Source of the DNA: Clostridiales bacterium
GTDB taxonomy: Bacteria; Bacillota; Clostridia; Christensenellales; Borkfalkiaceae
Length of the DNA: 64,000 bases
Direction: 5' to 3'
Assembly: GCA_015069565.1 (NCBI GenBank)
Contig: SVIJ01000001.1
Span: 8,056-72,055 of the forward strand
Position numbers and translations under genes: made by a program. This document shows, one piece after another, positions 52,413-61,128 of the stretch (the stretch's first letter is position 1; the number at the start of each line of letters is the position of its first letter). The notes beneath the pieces were generated by a model. It did not search any database. It was given only the letters and a program-made list of their open reading frames with translations, and was not told the origin of the DNA.

Positions 52413-53141
52413 ATGAAGACGGAAGAGTTTATCAAACGAATCAAAGGCGAAAATAGAATTGACCCTAAGCGCACGAACGAATTGCGTTCGCAGCTGCCGC
52501 TTGGGGAATATTCTAGCGGCGAATACGTGCTTTCCCACCAAATCAACGACCCCGAACGCTATCATCATACCTGTGTTAGTGGTTCGATGCGCGCGGAATT
52601 TATCGCTCGGCTGGTGCTCACTCTTTCGGGACTGTATTCCCGCTCCGAAGCGGTGTTTTTAATCGTTTCCCCCAACCTGTATTACGGTCAGTTGATGTCG
52701 CTCAAAAGCGCGGACGTGACCGTGCCTTTCGTCCTTTCCGAACGGGATATTCCGCCCGTTTTGGAAACGGTAAAGAAGCTTGCCGCGATGCGCCAAGGGA
52801 AGAAAACGGAAGCAAAAACCTTCTTGGTTTTGGACGGGCTTGAACTTTTAGAGCCTGAAAACAAGCGTTCTACGCTCGATTGCTACCGCCCCTTCTTTGA
52901 AGCGGTGGGGACGTCGGGGATTGAAATGATCACGGGCGTGGATTTGGCAAACACCATCTACGCAGGCTATCCTTCCACCTTTATCGGCATCGGCAACTGT
53001 CTTGTGACCCCTTCCTTGGATGGGGAAATGGACGTCACCTACGTAGGCATCGACGGCTCAATGTCTTCCCCCCAACGCGCGAAGTATCCGTCCCTGCCAA
53101 GCTTGAAAGAGTGCATTGACGAAAGGAACGCACAATGCTAA
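52413..53141 (+). CDS. Hypothetical protein, possibly a degenerate FtsK/SpoIIIE-like P-loop domain
   Basis: RBS AAGGAGAA. HHTCVSGSMRAEFIARLVLTL sits where a Walker A would be (no GKS/T). FLVLDGLELL is Walker-B-like. The stop overlaps the mutY start by 7 nt. Confidence 0.5.
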   Translation: MKTEEFIKRIKGENRIDPKRTNELRSQLPLGEYSSGEYVLSHQINDPERYHHTCVSGSMRAEFIARLVLTLSGLYSRSEAVFLIVSPNLYYGQLMSLKSADVTVPFVLSERDIPPVLETVKKLAAMRQGKKTEAKTFLVLDGLELLEPENKRSTLDCYRPFFEAVGTSGIEMITGVDLANTIYAGYPSTFIGIGNCLVTPSLDGEMDVTYVGIDGSMSSPQRAKYPSLPSLKECIDERNAQC

Positions 53142-54190
53142 TCAAAACGGACGATTTTGCGCTTGAATGCGTACCTGCCCCCTTGCTTTTGTGGTATCGG
53201 GCGCATAAACGCGACCTGCCTTGGCGAAGGAGCGGCGCGCCGTACACGACTTGGCTTTCCGAAATCATGCTCCAACAAACGCGCGTGGAAGCGGTGAAGG
53301 GGTACTTTGAACGGTTTGTGGCGGCTTTGCCTGACGTCTATGCTTTGGCAGCTTGTGAAGAAGACCGCTTGATGAAGCTGTGGGAAGGCTTGGGGTACTA
53401 TTCTCGGGCGAGAAACCTGCAAAAGGCGGCAAGGCAAATCGTGGAAGAATACGGCGGCGTCTTTCCGTCCGAGCCGAAGGAGCTGAAAAGGCTTGCTGGC
53501 GTGGGGGATTATACCGCAGGCGCGATTGCGTCGATTGCCTTTGGTAAGCGTGCGCCTGCCGTCGACGGAAACGTTTTCCGTGTGCTCTCTCGATTGATGA
53601 AAAACCCGACGCCGATCGACGAGCCGAAGTATAGAGAATATTTGGAAAATCGGCTTTTGGCGGTCTATCCAAGCGAAGGGGAAGACAGCAGCGATTTTAC
53701 CCAAAGCCTAATGGAGCTTGGCGCGCTGGTTTGTAAGCCGACTTCGCCTGCTTGCTACGCCTGCCCTTTGAAGGGAGTTTGCAGAGCGGAGAAGGACGGC
53801 ACGCAGACGGAATATCCCGTGAAAAAAGAAAAACCGCCAAAGCGGGAAGAGCGGCTGTTTGTGTTCTTGATTGAAACGCCGCAAGGGATTTGCGTGCGCA
53901 AGCGTGAGAAGGGAGTTTTGAAGGGCGTTTACGAGTTCCCTTCCGTGATTGCGGAAGTGGGCTTGACCCCTGAAAACGCATTAAAGGAATGGGGCATGTC
54001 CGAGTTTACCCTTTGTGCGGAACGAAAATACACCCATATTTTCACCCACATTCGCTGGGAGATGCTGGCGTATCACGTAGCGGTGGAAAACGCCCCCTTC
54101 GAGCGGTATACGCTTGCCGAGCTCGAAGAAAAAATATCCTTGCCGACGGCGTTTCGGCAATGCTTGACCTTGATAAAAAATCACGATTAG
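53135..54190 (+). CDS. mutY: A/G-specific adenine DNA glycosylase
   Basis: LLLWYRAHKRDLPWRR; PYTTWLSEIMLQQTRV; HhH-GPD GVGDYTAGAI; 4Fe-4S CKPTSPACYACPLKGVC; NUDIX-like C-terminus. Confidence 0.9.
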   Translation: MLIKTDDFALECVPAPLLLWYRAHKRDLPWRRSGAPYTTWLSEIMLQQTRVEAVKGYFERFVAALPDVYALAACEEDRLMKLWEGLGYYSRARNLQKAARQIVEEYGGVFPSEPKELKRLAGVGDYTAGAIASIAFGKRAPAVDGNVFRVLSRLMKNPTPIDEPKYREYLENRLLAVYPSEGEDSSDFTQSLMELGALVCKPTSPACYACPLKGVCRAEKDGTQTEYPVKKEKPPKREERLFVFLIETPQGICVRKREKGVLKGVYEFPSVIAEVGLTPENALKEWGMSEFTLCAERKYTHIFTHIRWEMLAYHVAVENAPFERYTLAELEEKISLPTAFRQCLTLIKNHD

Positions 54191-54203
54191 GAGAATAGAT
54201 AAA

Positions 54204-54821
54204 ATGAAAGTATTGATGTTGAACGGAAGCCCCCACGAACACGGTTGTACCTACGTTGCCCTTTCCGAAGCGGCAAAGGCGCTCAATGAAAAGGGGATCG
54301 AAACGGAGATTGTTTGGCTGGGCAAAGAGCCCTTGGAAGGCTGTCGCGGCTGCGCGGCTTGTTCCAAGCTTTGGAAGTGCGTGGTGGACGATAAGGTGAA
54401 CGAATTTGCCGAAAAGGCGGCGGAAGCGGACGGCTTTATTTTTGGCTCGCCCGTGCATTACGCATCGGCAGGCGGCGCAATCGTTTCCTTTATGGATAGA
54501 CTTTTTTACAGTAGCGGCAGAAAGATGGCGTACAAGCCTGCGGCTTGCGTGGTGAGCTGCCGTAGAGCAGGCGCAAGCGCGACCTTTGACGTTTTGAATA
54601 AGTACTTCACCATCAACCAAATGCCCGTCGTATCGTCCAACTATTGGAACGAAATCCACGGCAACACCCCCGAACAGGCTTTGCAGGATGCGGAAGGCTT
54701 GCAGACGATGCGGCTGCTCGGCAAGAACATGGCTTGGCTCTTGCAATGTATCGAAGCGGGCAAGGCGGCAGGGATTGCACCTGAGAAGGAGAAGAAAATC
54801 TGGACCAACTTTATTAGATAA
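54204..54821 (+). CDS. Flavodoxin-fold NAD(P)H-dependent FMN reductase / iron-sulfur flavoprotein-like
   Basis: MKVLMLNGSPHEHGCTY...ADGFIFGSPVHYASAGG. Confidence 0.7.
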   Translation: MKVLMLNGSPHEHGCTYVALSEAAKALNEKGIETEIVWLGKEPLEGCRGCAACSKLWKCVVDDKVNEFAEKAAEADGFIFGSPVHYASAGGAIVSFMDRLFYSSGRKMAYKPAACVVSCRRAGASATFDVLNKYFTINQMPVVSSNYWNEIHGNTPEQALQDAEGLQTMRLLGKNMAWLLQCIEAGKAAGIAPEKEKKIWTNFIR

Positions 54822-55110
54822 ACGGCGAATTTGCGGCGCAATAGTTCGTTGAACTTGCGTTTCCCCTAGGTCACGTACGCCTTGTACGCTCCCGTCGGGG
54901 AAGCCGCGTTCGCCTGCTCTTGCTTGCAACTGCGCCGTTTAGAAACGGTGGATATACGGTGCAATACGGCGTTAAACCTGCGCGCCCTTCGGTCACGTAC
55001 GTTTTGTAAGCTCCCATCAGGGTGCTCGGTTTGCCTTGTCTTGCTTGCAACTGCACCGTTTAGAAAACGACGGATTTGAGGCGCAATAGTTCGTTGAACT
55101 TGCGTTTTTT
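54820..55110. repeat. Family-2 structured repeat, 2.4 tandem units (54820..54940, 54943..55061, 55064..55110)
   Basis: Units start AAACGGCG / AAACGGTG / AAAACGACG and end CGCCGTTT / CACCGTTT. Period about 122 nt. Unit 1 begins inside the stop codon of the upstream gene. Confidence 0.85.
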
Positions 55111-55206
55111 AACGCAAGGCTGTGCCTTGCATATCACATTTGCGGAGCAAATATATCACGTTTACGCAGTAGACATATCACAAATCCCAGCAGGGATTTA
55201 TATCAC
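55111..55206. repeat. Hairpin-array half element, ATATCAC variant
   Basis: GCAAGGC-TGT-GCCTTGC ATATCAC; ATTTGC-GGA-GCAAAT ATATCAC; GTTTAC-GCA-GTAGAC ATATCAC; AAATCCC-AGCA-GGGATTT ATATCAC. Confidence 0.8.
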
Positions 55207-55210
55207 TGTC

Positions 55211-55244
55211 AAAAAAGACCGTCCCCATCGGACGGTCCTTTTTT
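55211..55244. terminator. Bidirectional intrinsic terminator
   Basis: A6-GACCGTCC-CCATC-GGACGGTC-CT6. Confidence 0.75.
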
Positions 55245-56418
55245 ACACATACGGGTGTTCGCCGCGAATCACTGCAAAGCAGTGTTCGTTGCGGCGCTTG
55301 ATCTCTTGTTCCACCGCTTTGACGGCGTCGGCAACCGAATAACTACTGTCGGCAGGGACAACCAAATCGAAAATCAGGTTGGTCACCGTTTCCCCCTGCG
55401 TCATGCGGAAATCGTGAATGGTAAAGGCGGGGTCGATCGCCTTGGCGCATTCGTCCGCAAAAGCGCGCATTTTGTTCACCTGCTCGTCGCCGACGGCAAT
55501 CGGGTCTAAGTGGATGGTGACGATGCAACGAAACCTTTCGTACATATCCCGTTCTACACCGTCGATGATCTCGTGTGCGTAGTTGATGTTGCAATCGGAC
55601 GGCACTTCCGCGTGGAAGGAAACGATCTTTCTGCCAGGGCCGTAGTCGTGTACCATTACGTCGTGTATGCCGACAATCTGTTCGTATTGCGCCGTAAAAT
55701 CGTAGATTTCTTGGATAAATTCAGGGCTGGGCGGCGAGCCGAGCAGCAGGTCGATAATTTCCTTTGCCGACTTAAACCCAGCGAGCAAAATCAAGCAAGC
55801 AATCAAGATCCCTGCAACGCCGTCGAGCGGAAATCCGCTCAGCCAACCGAGCTTGGACGCAAGCGCCGAGAAGAACACGAGCGCGGTGGAAACACAATCC
55901 GAAATGCTATCAAGCGCGGTTGCCTTCAAGGCGGCGGAATCAATTCTCTTGCCGAGCTTGCGGTTGAAGAAGAACAGCCAAAGCTTGACGAGAATGGACG
56001 CGCCCAAAATGATGAAGGTTGCCGTTCCCACGCTGGGGGCGGTGGGGGAAAAGATGCGCTCTACCGACGTGATGAAAAGCTCTGCGCCGACGAAGATAAT
56101 CACGGCGTCGACGATAAAGCCTGTTATGTACTCAAACCTGCCGTGCCCCAAGGGGTGTTCCTTGTCGACAGGCTTTGCCGCCAAGCGAAAGCCGATCATT
56201 GTGACGACGGACGAGCCTGCGTCTGACAGGTTATTGAGCGCGTCTGCAACGACGGCGATGGACGCGGTGAGTAGCCCCATCGTCAGCTTGCCGACAAAGA
56301 GCAGGACGTTCATCACGATTCCCGTGACGGCGGCAAGGGTGGCGTGCGCGGCGCGTACCCGTTCATTTTTCAAATCGTTGCGGTTTTTCACAAAGAGCCG
56401 CAATAAAAAATCAGTCAT
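55243..56418 (-). CDS. Cation diffusion facilitator (CDF) family metal efflux transporter
   Basis: Six TMs with AVVADALNNLSDAGSS and SISDCVST motifs, plus a C-terminal cytoplasmic domain. Confidence 0.9.
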   Translation of the reverse strand: MTDFLLRLFVKNRNDLKNERVRAAHATLAAVTGIVMNVLLFVGKLTMGLLTASIAVVADALNNLSDAGSSVVTMIGFRLAAKPVDKEHPLGHGRFEYITGFIVDAVIIFVGAELFITSVERIFSPTAPSVGTATFIILGASILVKLWLFFFNRKLGKRIDSAALKATALDSISDCVSTALVFFSALASKLGWLSGFPLDGVAGILIACLILLAGFKSAKEIIDLLLGSPPSPEFIQEIYDFTAQYEQIVGIHDVMVHDYGPGRKIVSFHAEVPSDCNINYAHEIIDGVERDMYERFRCIVTIHLDPIAVGDEQVNKMRAFADECAKAIDPAFTIHDFRMTQGETVTNLIFDLVVPADSSYSVADAVKAVEQEIKRRNEHCFAVIRGEHPYV

Positions 56419-56545
56419 AGAAATACCAGTCCTTGGTTGTTGCTATTATTATACGCCGACAAAAAAAATTTGTCAACGATAAGTTGTCGGGATTCAAGTC
56501 CTGTCAACTTAAAAAAGATTTTTTTCATTTCCGACGTAAAAATGC

Positions 56546-56574
56546 TTGCCAAAGGTGAAAAAATAGTCTATAAT
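56546..56574 (+). promoter_or_regulatory. Promoter of rplS
   Basis: TTGCCA, 17-nt spacer, TATAAT. The ~95-nt leader (56580..56671) could correspond to the L19 autoregulatory leader known in Bacillota. I did not verify the fold. Confidence 0.55.
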
Positions 56575-56671
56575 GTTAGACGACTTCGAGCGTTCCGCTG
56601 CCTTTTTGGGTGTAATGAGGAATTACACAGCGGGTTATGAACGTTTCGTAAATAACGGAGGTATGAGTCTG

Positions 56672-57016
56672 ATGAAAGGATTAATTGAAGCAATTAACGC
56701 TGAAAACCTGAAAGCCGAAGTTCCCCAGTTTAACGTAGGTGATACTGTTAAAGTGGGCTACAGAATCATTGAAGGTGGCAAGGAACGTGTACAAAACTTC
56801 GAAGGCGTCGTTATCGCAAAGAGAAACGGCGGCATTTCCGAAACCTTCACGGTTCGCCACATTTCCTACGGCGTAGGCGTTGAAAAAACCTATCCTCTGC
56901 ATTCGCCCAAGATCGCGTCCATCACGGTCGTTAGAAAGGGTAAGGTTCGCAGAGCGAAGCTGTACTACTTGCGCGGCTTGACCGGTAAGGCGGCAAAGGT
57001 TAAGGAAAAGATTTAA
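56672..57016 (+). CDS. rplS: 50S ribosomal protein L19
   Basis: [48 protein letters not shown] at 56672 has proper spacing from GGAGG. Confidence 0.9.
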   Translation: MKGLIEAINAENLKAEVPQFNVGDTVKVGYRIIEGGKERVQNFEGVVIAKRNGGISETFTVRHISYGVGVEKTYPLHSPKIASITVVRKGKVRRAKLYYLRGLTGKAAKVKEKI

Positions 57017-57037
57017 GTTTTATAGGCTGAATCACAA

Positions 57038-57069
57038 AAGAGCACCCAAAGTCAGGGGTGCTCTTTTTC
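57038..57069 (+). terminator. Intrinsic terminator after rplS
   Basis: GAGCACCC-AAAGTCA-GGGTGCTC followed by T5. Confidence 0.75.
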
Positions 57070-57140
57070 TTGGTTGCCTATTCTTATAAACGGCGCAATA
57101 CTTCGTTAAACCTGCGCGCCCTTCGGTCACGTACGGCTTC

Positions 57141-57419
57141 TAGCCAGACAAGAATAATACGAACCTGATTTTTAATGGCAGATTTCGTCTAAATACGGCG
57201 TTGAAATCCTCGGTTAACCGTCAAGGTTGCCCTACGGTTTCGCCTTGTCTTATCCAAAATCGGCTCATTAAAAATTGCTACGCACCGCAAAGCGTGAAAT
57301 TTTCGATAGATTTTGGCGAAGGTGGGCGCAGTCGTATACGAATACTACAAGCCCAAATTTGCCGAAAGATGCGGAAAGAGCGTGCTTTGCGGCTGGTTTG
57401 TATTATTCTTGTCTGGCTA
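57141..57419. mobile_element. MITE-like element (279 bp) with perfect 19-bp terminal inverted repeats, nested in a family-2 repeat
   Basis: TAGCCAGACAAGAATAATA at 57141..57159 and its exact reverse complement at 57401..57419. The flanks 57088..57140 and 57420..57460 join into one family-2 unit. Confidence 0.7.
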
Positions 57420-57653
57420 TGCTCCCGTCAGGGTGCTCGGTTTGCCTTGTCTTGCTTGTTTCTAAAAATAGGCAGGGGCTATTCTTGTATACAGCGCAAT
57501 ACGGCGTTAAACTTTTAGGAAATATTTTTATTCAAAAATATAGGGCAATTCAGTTTACTTTTTTTGATTTTTTTTGTACAATAGGAAAGAGCGTTCCTTT
57601 ATGTATGGTCGCGCGCGTACGCGAAAGAGAAAAGGGCGCAAGGGAGATCTTCT

Positions 57654-59576
57654 ATGAGAAAAATAGGCAGTTATGTTTGGGCGTTTTTGGCAATGCTTGC
57701 GGCGGTGATCGTCTTGGGCTTTGCTACGATCGGGACTACCGTAAGCGCGGGCGATTCGATGACCTGCTTTGCAGGCAAGACGGTAGCTTATCAGTTTGTC
57801 GGCGGCTCGAAGACGGTGGAATCCGTCTACGTGAACGTGGGCGCGATCTATGATAAGATCGGCGCAACCGCGAAGATCGAAGTAGAATATGCTTCTTCGA
57901 CGACGAGCACGAGCGGCACGGATATTGCTACGCCCTATCAGATGAGCAATATCGCATCGACGGCAGGCAGAAACGGGCTCAACTACAACTGGCAACAGGT
58001 GGTATCTGGTGCAAACAAGACCGCGAGCCGCTTGTTCTTCAAGACGGATAAGAGCTTAGAGCTTTACGAAATCGTGGCGTTCGACAAGAACGGCAACCGT
58101 ATCGAAATGATGCCCGCTTCCTTGACTTCGCCCTATGCGATGGAGGATTGCTTGAAGACGCTGGACGCGCAGGAACGCCTGACGAAGGATTTTCTTGCGG
58201 ACAAATCCATGCGAAAGGTGTTTACGCAGGAAGAGGGGGTCACGCTGACGGCAATCAATACGCTCGGCGCGAAGGCGTACGAAGGCTTGACGTACAACCT
58301 TGACGGTAATTTCGGCGTGCTGGCAACGGCGTTCTCGTCGGCATCCGTTGGGCTTTTCGGGGTTTCCCCGTTCGCTCTTCGCCTGCCTTCCATGCTCGCG
58401 GCAGTGGCAAGCATCGTATTTCTGTTCCTTCTTTGCAAGGAGCTGTTTAAGAGTGAAAAATACGCATTCTTTGCAAGCCTTTTCTTCGTGCTTGGCGGAA
58501 TTTTGACTTCGGTGGGCCGTCTTGGCACGCCGCATATTATGGTGGCGTCCGCGCTGATTGCGGCGGCGTACTTTGCATACCGCTTCTTCGCGAAGGGGAT
58601 TTCGGCAAACGCGCCTATTCGTAGCGGCTTGAACGTCTTTGCGGCAGGTTCGCTTTGCGCACTTGCCATCGTGATGGAAACGCTGGCGGTAGTGCCTGCC
58701 TTGGGCGTGTTCGTGCTTGTAGGCTTTGGCGTTAGACGTGTTTTCCTTGCGGAAAAAGTGGCGAAGGCGAAGCTCGGCGTAGACGAAAAAGCGGAAGAAA
58801 TCAGCGAAGAAAAGAAAGCAAAGCTTGCTGAAATCAAGAAAGAATATGCCTACAAAAAGCGCGTATCCATCGCGTTTGGCTTGCTTTCCTTTGTGGCGGT
58901 CACCTTTGTGCTCCTGCTCATCGTGGGCGTGGCGTTCTATAAACCGTTCGTACTTGCGTATGATAATGCAGGCGAACATTCCAAGAGCTTCTTGGCGCTG
59001 TTGTTTGCAAACGTTTTGGACAGCGCAAAGGCGGACTTCTTGACGACGGCGGAAGCGAAGGGGAGCGTCTTTGCTTGGCTCTTGCCCTTCCGTTCGGACG
59101 TTCTCTATTCGGCGAAGGTAGGCTCGCAAACGGTGGTTTGGTCTGCGAGCATGAATATGGGCTTGTCTTTCTTGTCCCTTGCGGCGCTTGCGTTTGTGAC
59201 GGTGAAGGTGGCGTACGGGTTTGTGGTGAAGACGAAGGACAAGGTGGATTTGCGTGTTCGCCGTGCGTACTTCGTATTCTTGGTGGCGATGGCAACGAGC
59301 ATGATTGCGGCTGGCGCAAAGGGTGCGCCTACGGTGCTTGCGTCCACGCTGTTTACGGCGGCGCTCTTCTCGTTCGTTCCCTTGGCGGCGCTGGCTCTGG
59401 AAACCTGTAAATGCAAAGAAAAGCAAACGGTGATCAGTGTAATTCTCTACGCTACGCTTGCGGCGGCGCTTGTGTTCTTCGTAATCGGCTCGCTTGCGAC
59501 GGTTGGCGCGGCAAAGCCCTTGCTTGGCGGCAATAGCGGTGGCGGCGACGGCGAAATTTGGACGGACAACTATTAA
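57654..59576 (+). CDS. Large polytopic membrane protein, possible GT-C (PMT/ArnT-like) glycosyltransferase
   Basis: N-terminal TM plus a ~190-aa extracytoplasmic domain, then about 10 TMs (LRLPSMLAAVASIVFLFLLCKELF...). The assignment is by architecture only. Confidence 0.45.
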   Translation: MRKIGSYVWAFLAMLAAVIVLGFATIGTTVSAGDSMTCFAGKTVAYQFVGGSKTVESVYVNVGAIYDKIGATAKIEVEYASSTTSTSGTDIATPYQMSNIASTAGRNGLNYNWQQVVSGANKTASRLFFKTDKSLELYEIVAFDKNGNRIEMMPASLTSPYAMEDCLKTLDAQERLTKDFLADKSMRKVFTQEEGVTLTAINTLGAKAYEGLTYNLDGNFGVLATAFSSASVGLFGVSPFALRLPSMLAAVASIVFLFLLCKELFKSEKYAFFASLFFVLGGILTSVGRLGTPHIMVASALIAAAYFAYRFFAKGISANAPIRSGLNVFAAGSLCALAIVMETLAVVPALGVFVLVGFGVRRVFLAEKVAKAKLGVDEKAEEISEEKKAKLAEIKKEYAYKKRVSIAFGLLSFVAVTFVLLLIVGVAFYKPFVLAYDNAGEHSKSFLALLFANVLDSAKADFLTTAEAKGSVFAWLLPFRSDVLYSAKVGSQTVVWSASMNMGLSFLSLAALAFVTVKVAYGFVVKTKDKVDLRVRRAYFVFLVAMATSMIAAGAKGAPTVLASTLFTAALFSFVPLAALALETCKCKEKQTVISVILYATLAAALVFFVIGSLATVGAAKPLLGGNSGGGDGEIWTDNY

Positions 59577-59603
59577 GCAAAAGATAAACTAAGGGAATAG
59601 ACT

Positions 59604-61127
59604 ATGATAGCAAACGTACAAAGTTATGCCCTGAACGGCTTGGAAGGGGTGGCGGTGACCGTCGAAACGGACGTTTCGCGCGGAATGCCCACTTACGAGA
59701 TCGTCGGCTTGCCCGATGCGGCGGTGAAGGAATCGAAGGAGCGAGTGAGAAGCGCGATCAAAAACAGCGCACTCACCTTTCCTTTGCAAAAAATCACCGT
59801 CAATCTCGCGCCTGCGTACGTGCGTAAGGAAGGTACGGCGCTCGATCTTCCCGTGGCAATCAGCCTGCTGGTTGCGGAAGGCGCGGTGAAAGCCGACTTA
59901 GGGAATACGGTGTTCGTCGGGGAGCTTGCTTTAAGCGGCGAGCTTCGTCCGATCACGGGCGTTTTGCCGCTCATCATTTCCGCGAAGGAAAAGGGGTATA
60001 CTACCTTTGTCGTTCCCGAAGGGAATGCCAAGGAAGCGTCCTATGTACACGGCGTGCGTGTTTATGCGGCGAAGAGCCTTCGCGCGGTCGTGGAGCATTT
60101 GACGGGCGAAAAACCGCTTGAATGCGTACCTGCTGCCGACTTTTCGGCTGGCGCGGCGCAAAAAGGCGCGCACGATCTGTCCTTTGTAAAGGGTCAGCCG
60201 ATGGCAAAGCGCGCTTTGGAAGTGGCGGTTGCAGGCGGACACAATATCCTGTTCGTAGGGCCGCCTGGAAGCGGCAAAACGATGCTGGCGCGGTCGATTC
60301 CGTCGGTGCTGCCCGATATGCAGTTCGACGAAGCGCTCGAAATTACGAAAATACACTCGGTGGCAGGGGTGCTTGGGGAAGAAGGGATTGTCAGCGTGCG
60401 TCCTTTTCGTACCCCCCATCACACCGCAACCACCGTATCCTTGTGCGGCGGTGGGAATAAATCGGTGCATCCTGGGGAAATCAGCTTGGCGCACGGCGGC
60501 GTGCTCTTTTTGGACGAGCTGCCCGAATACAAGCGTTCGACGCTGGAAGCGCTTCGCCAACCGCTCGAAGACGGCGTAATCACCATCTCGCGCGCAGGCG
60601 GCACGATCACCTATCCTGCGTCCTTTATGCTCTGCGCGAGCATGAATCCCTGCCCCTGCGGCAACTACGGCAGTCAAAAGAAGCGTTGCACCTGCACGCC
60701 GCGTGACATTCGTTCGTACAGAGCGCGTATATCTGGCCCGCTTTTGGATAGAATAGATATTCAGGTGGAAGTGGACGGCGTGGAGTACGACGATCTCGTT
60801 TCCGAAGAAGTCGGGGAGAGCAGCGCGGCGGTCAAGGCAAGAGCGGACGGCGCAAGACGAATTCAACGTATGCGCTTTGAAGGCTCGGCTGTGAAGACGA
60901 ACTCGGAGATGGGGGAGAAGGAGCTTCGCGCTTATTGCGCTCTTTCGCCCGAATGTGAGCAGGTCTTGAAGGAAGCGTTTGAAAGCTTACAGCTTTCTGC
61001 GCGCGCCCGATCGAGAATCTTGAAGGTGGCGCGGACGATTGCCGATTTAGAGCTTTCGGAAAACATCACCGCAGAGCACTTATACGAAGCCATTTCTTAC
61101 CGTACGTACGGTGCTGGAGAAGAATAA
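59604..61127 (+). CDS. comM: Mg-chelatase-like AAA+ protein YifB/ComM
   Basis: Lon-like N-terminal domain. Walker A GPPGSGKT. GVLFLDELPE. Cys cluster CPCGNYGSQKKRCTC. Confidence 0.9.
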   Translation: MIANVQSYALNGLEGVAVTVETDVSRGMPTYEIVGLPDAAVKESKERVRSAIKNSALTFPLQKITVNLAPAYVRKEGTALDLPVAISLLVAEGAVKADLGNTVFVGELALSGELRPITGVLPLIISAKEKGYTTFVVPEGNAKEASYVHGVRVYAAKSLRAVVEHLTGEKPLECVPAADFSAGAAQKGAHDLSFVKGQPMAKRALEVAVAGGHNILFVGPPGSGKTMLARSIPSVLPDMQFDEALEITKIHSVAGVLGEEGIVSVRPFRTPHHTATTVSLCGGGNKSVHPGEISLAHGGVLFLDELPEYKRSTLEALRQPLEDGVITISRAGGTITYPASFMLCASMNPCPCGNYGSQKKRCTCTPRDIRSYRARISGPLLDRIDIQVEVDGVEYDDLVSEEVGESSAAVKARADGARRIQRMRFEGSAVKTNSEMGEKELRAYCALSPECEQVLKEAFESLQLSARARSRILKVARTIADLELSENITAEHLYEAISYRTYGAGEE

Positions 61128-61128
61128 C

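Noticed and set aside
57201-57853. ORFs 57201..57518 and 57275..57853 upstream of the large membrane protein.
   Set aside because: They run through the nested MITE and family-2 repeats, have no RBS and have odd composition. The real gene starts at 57654.
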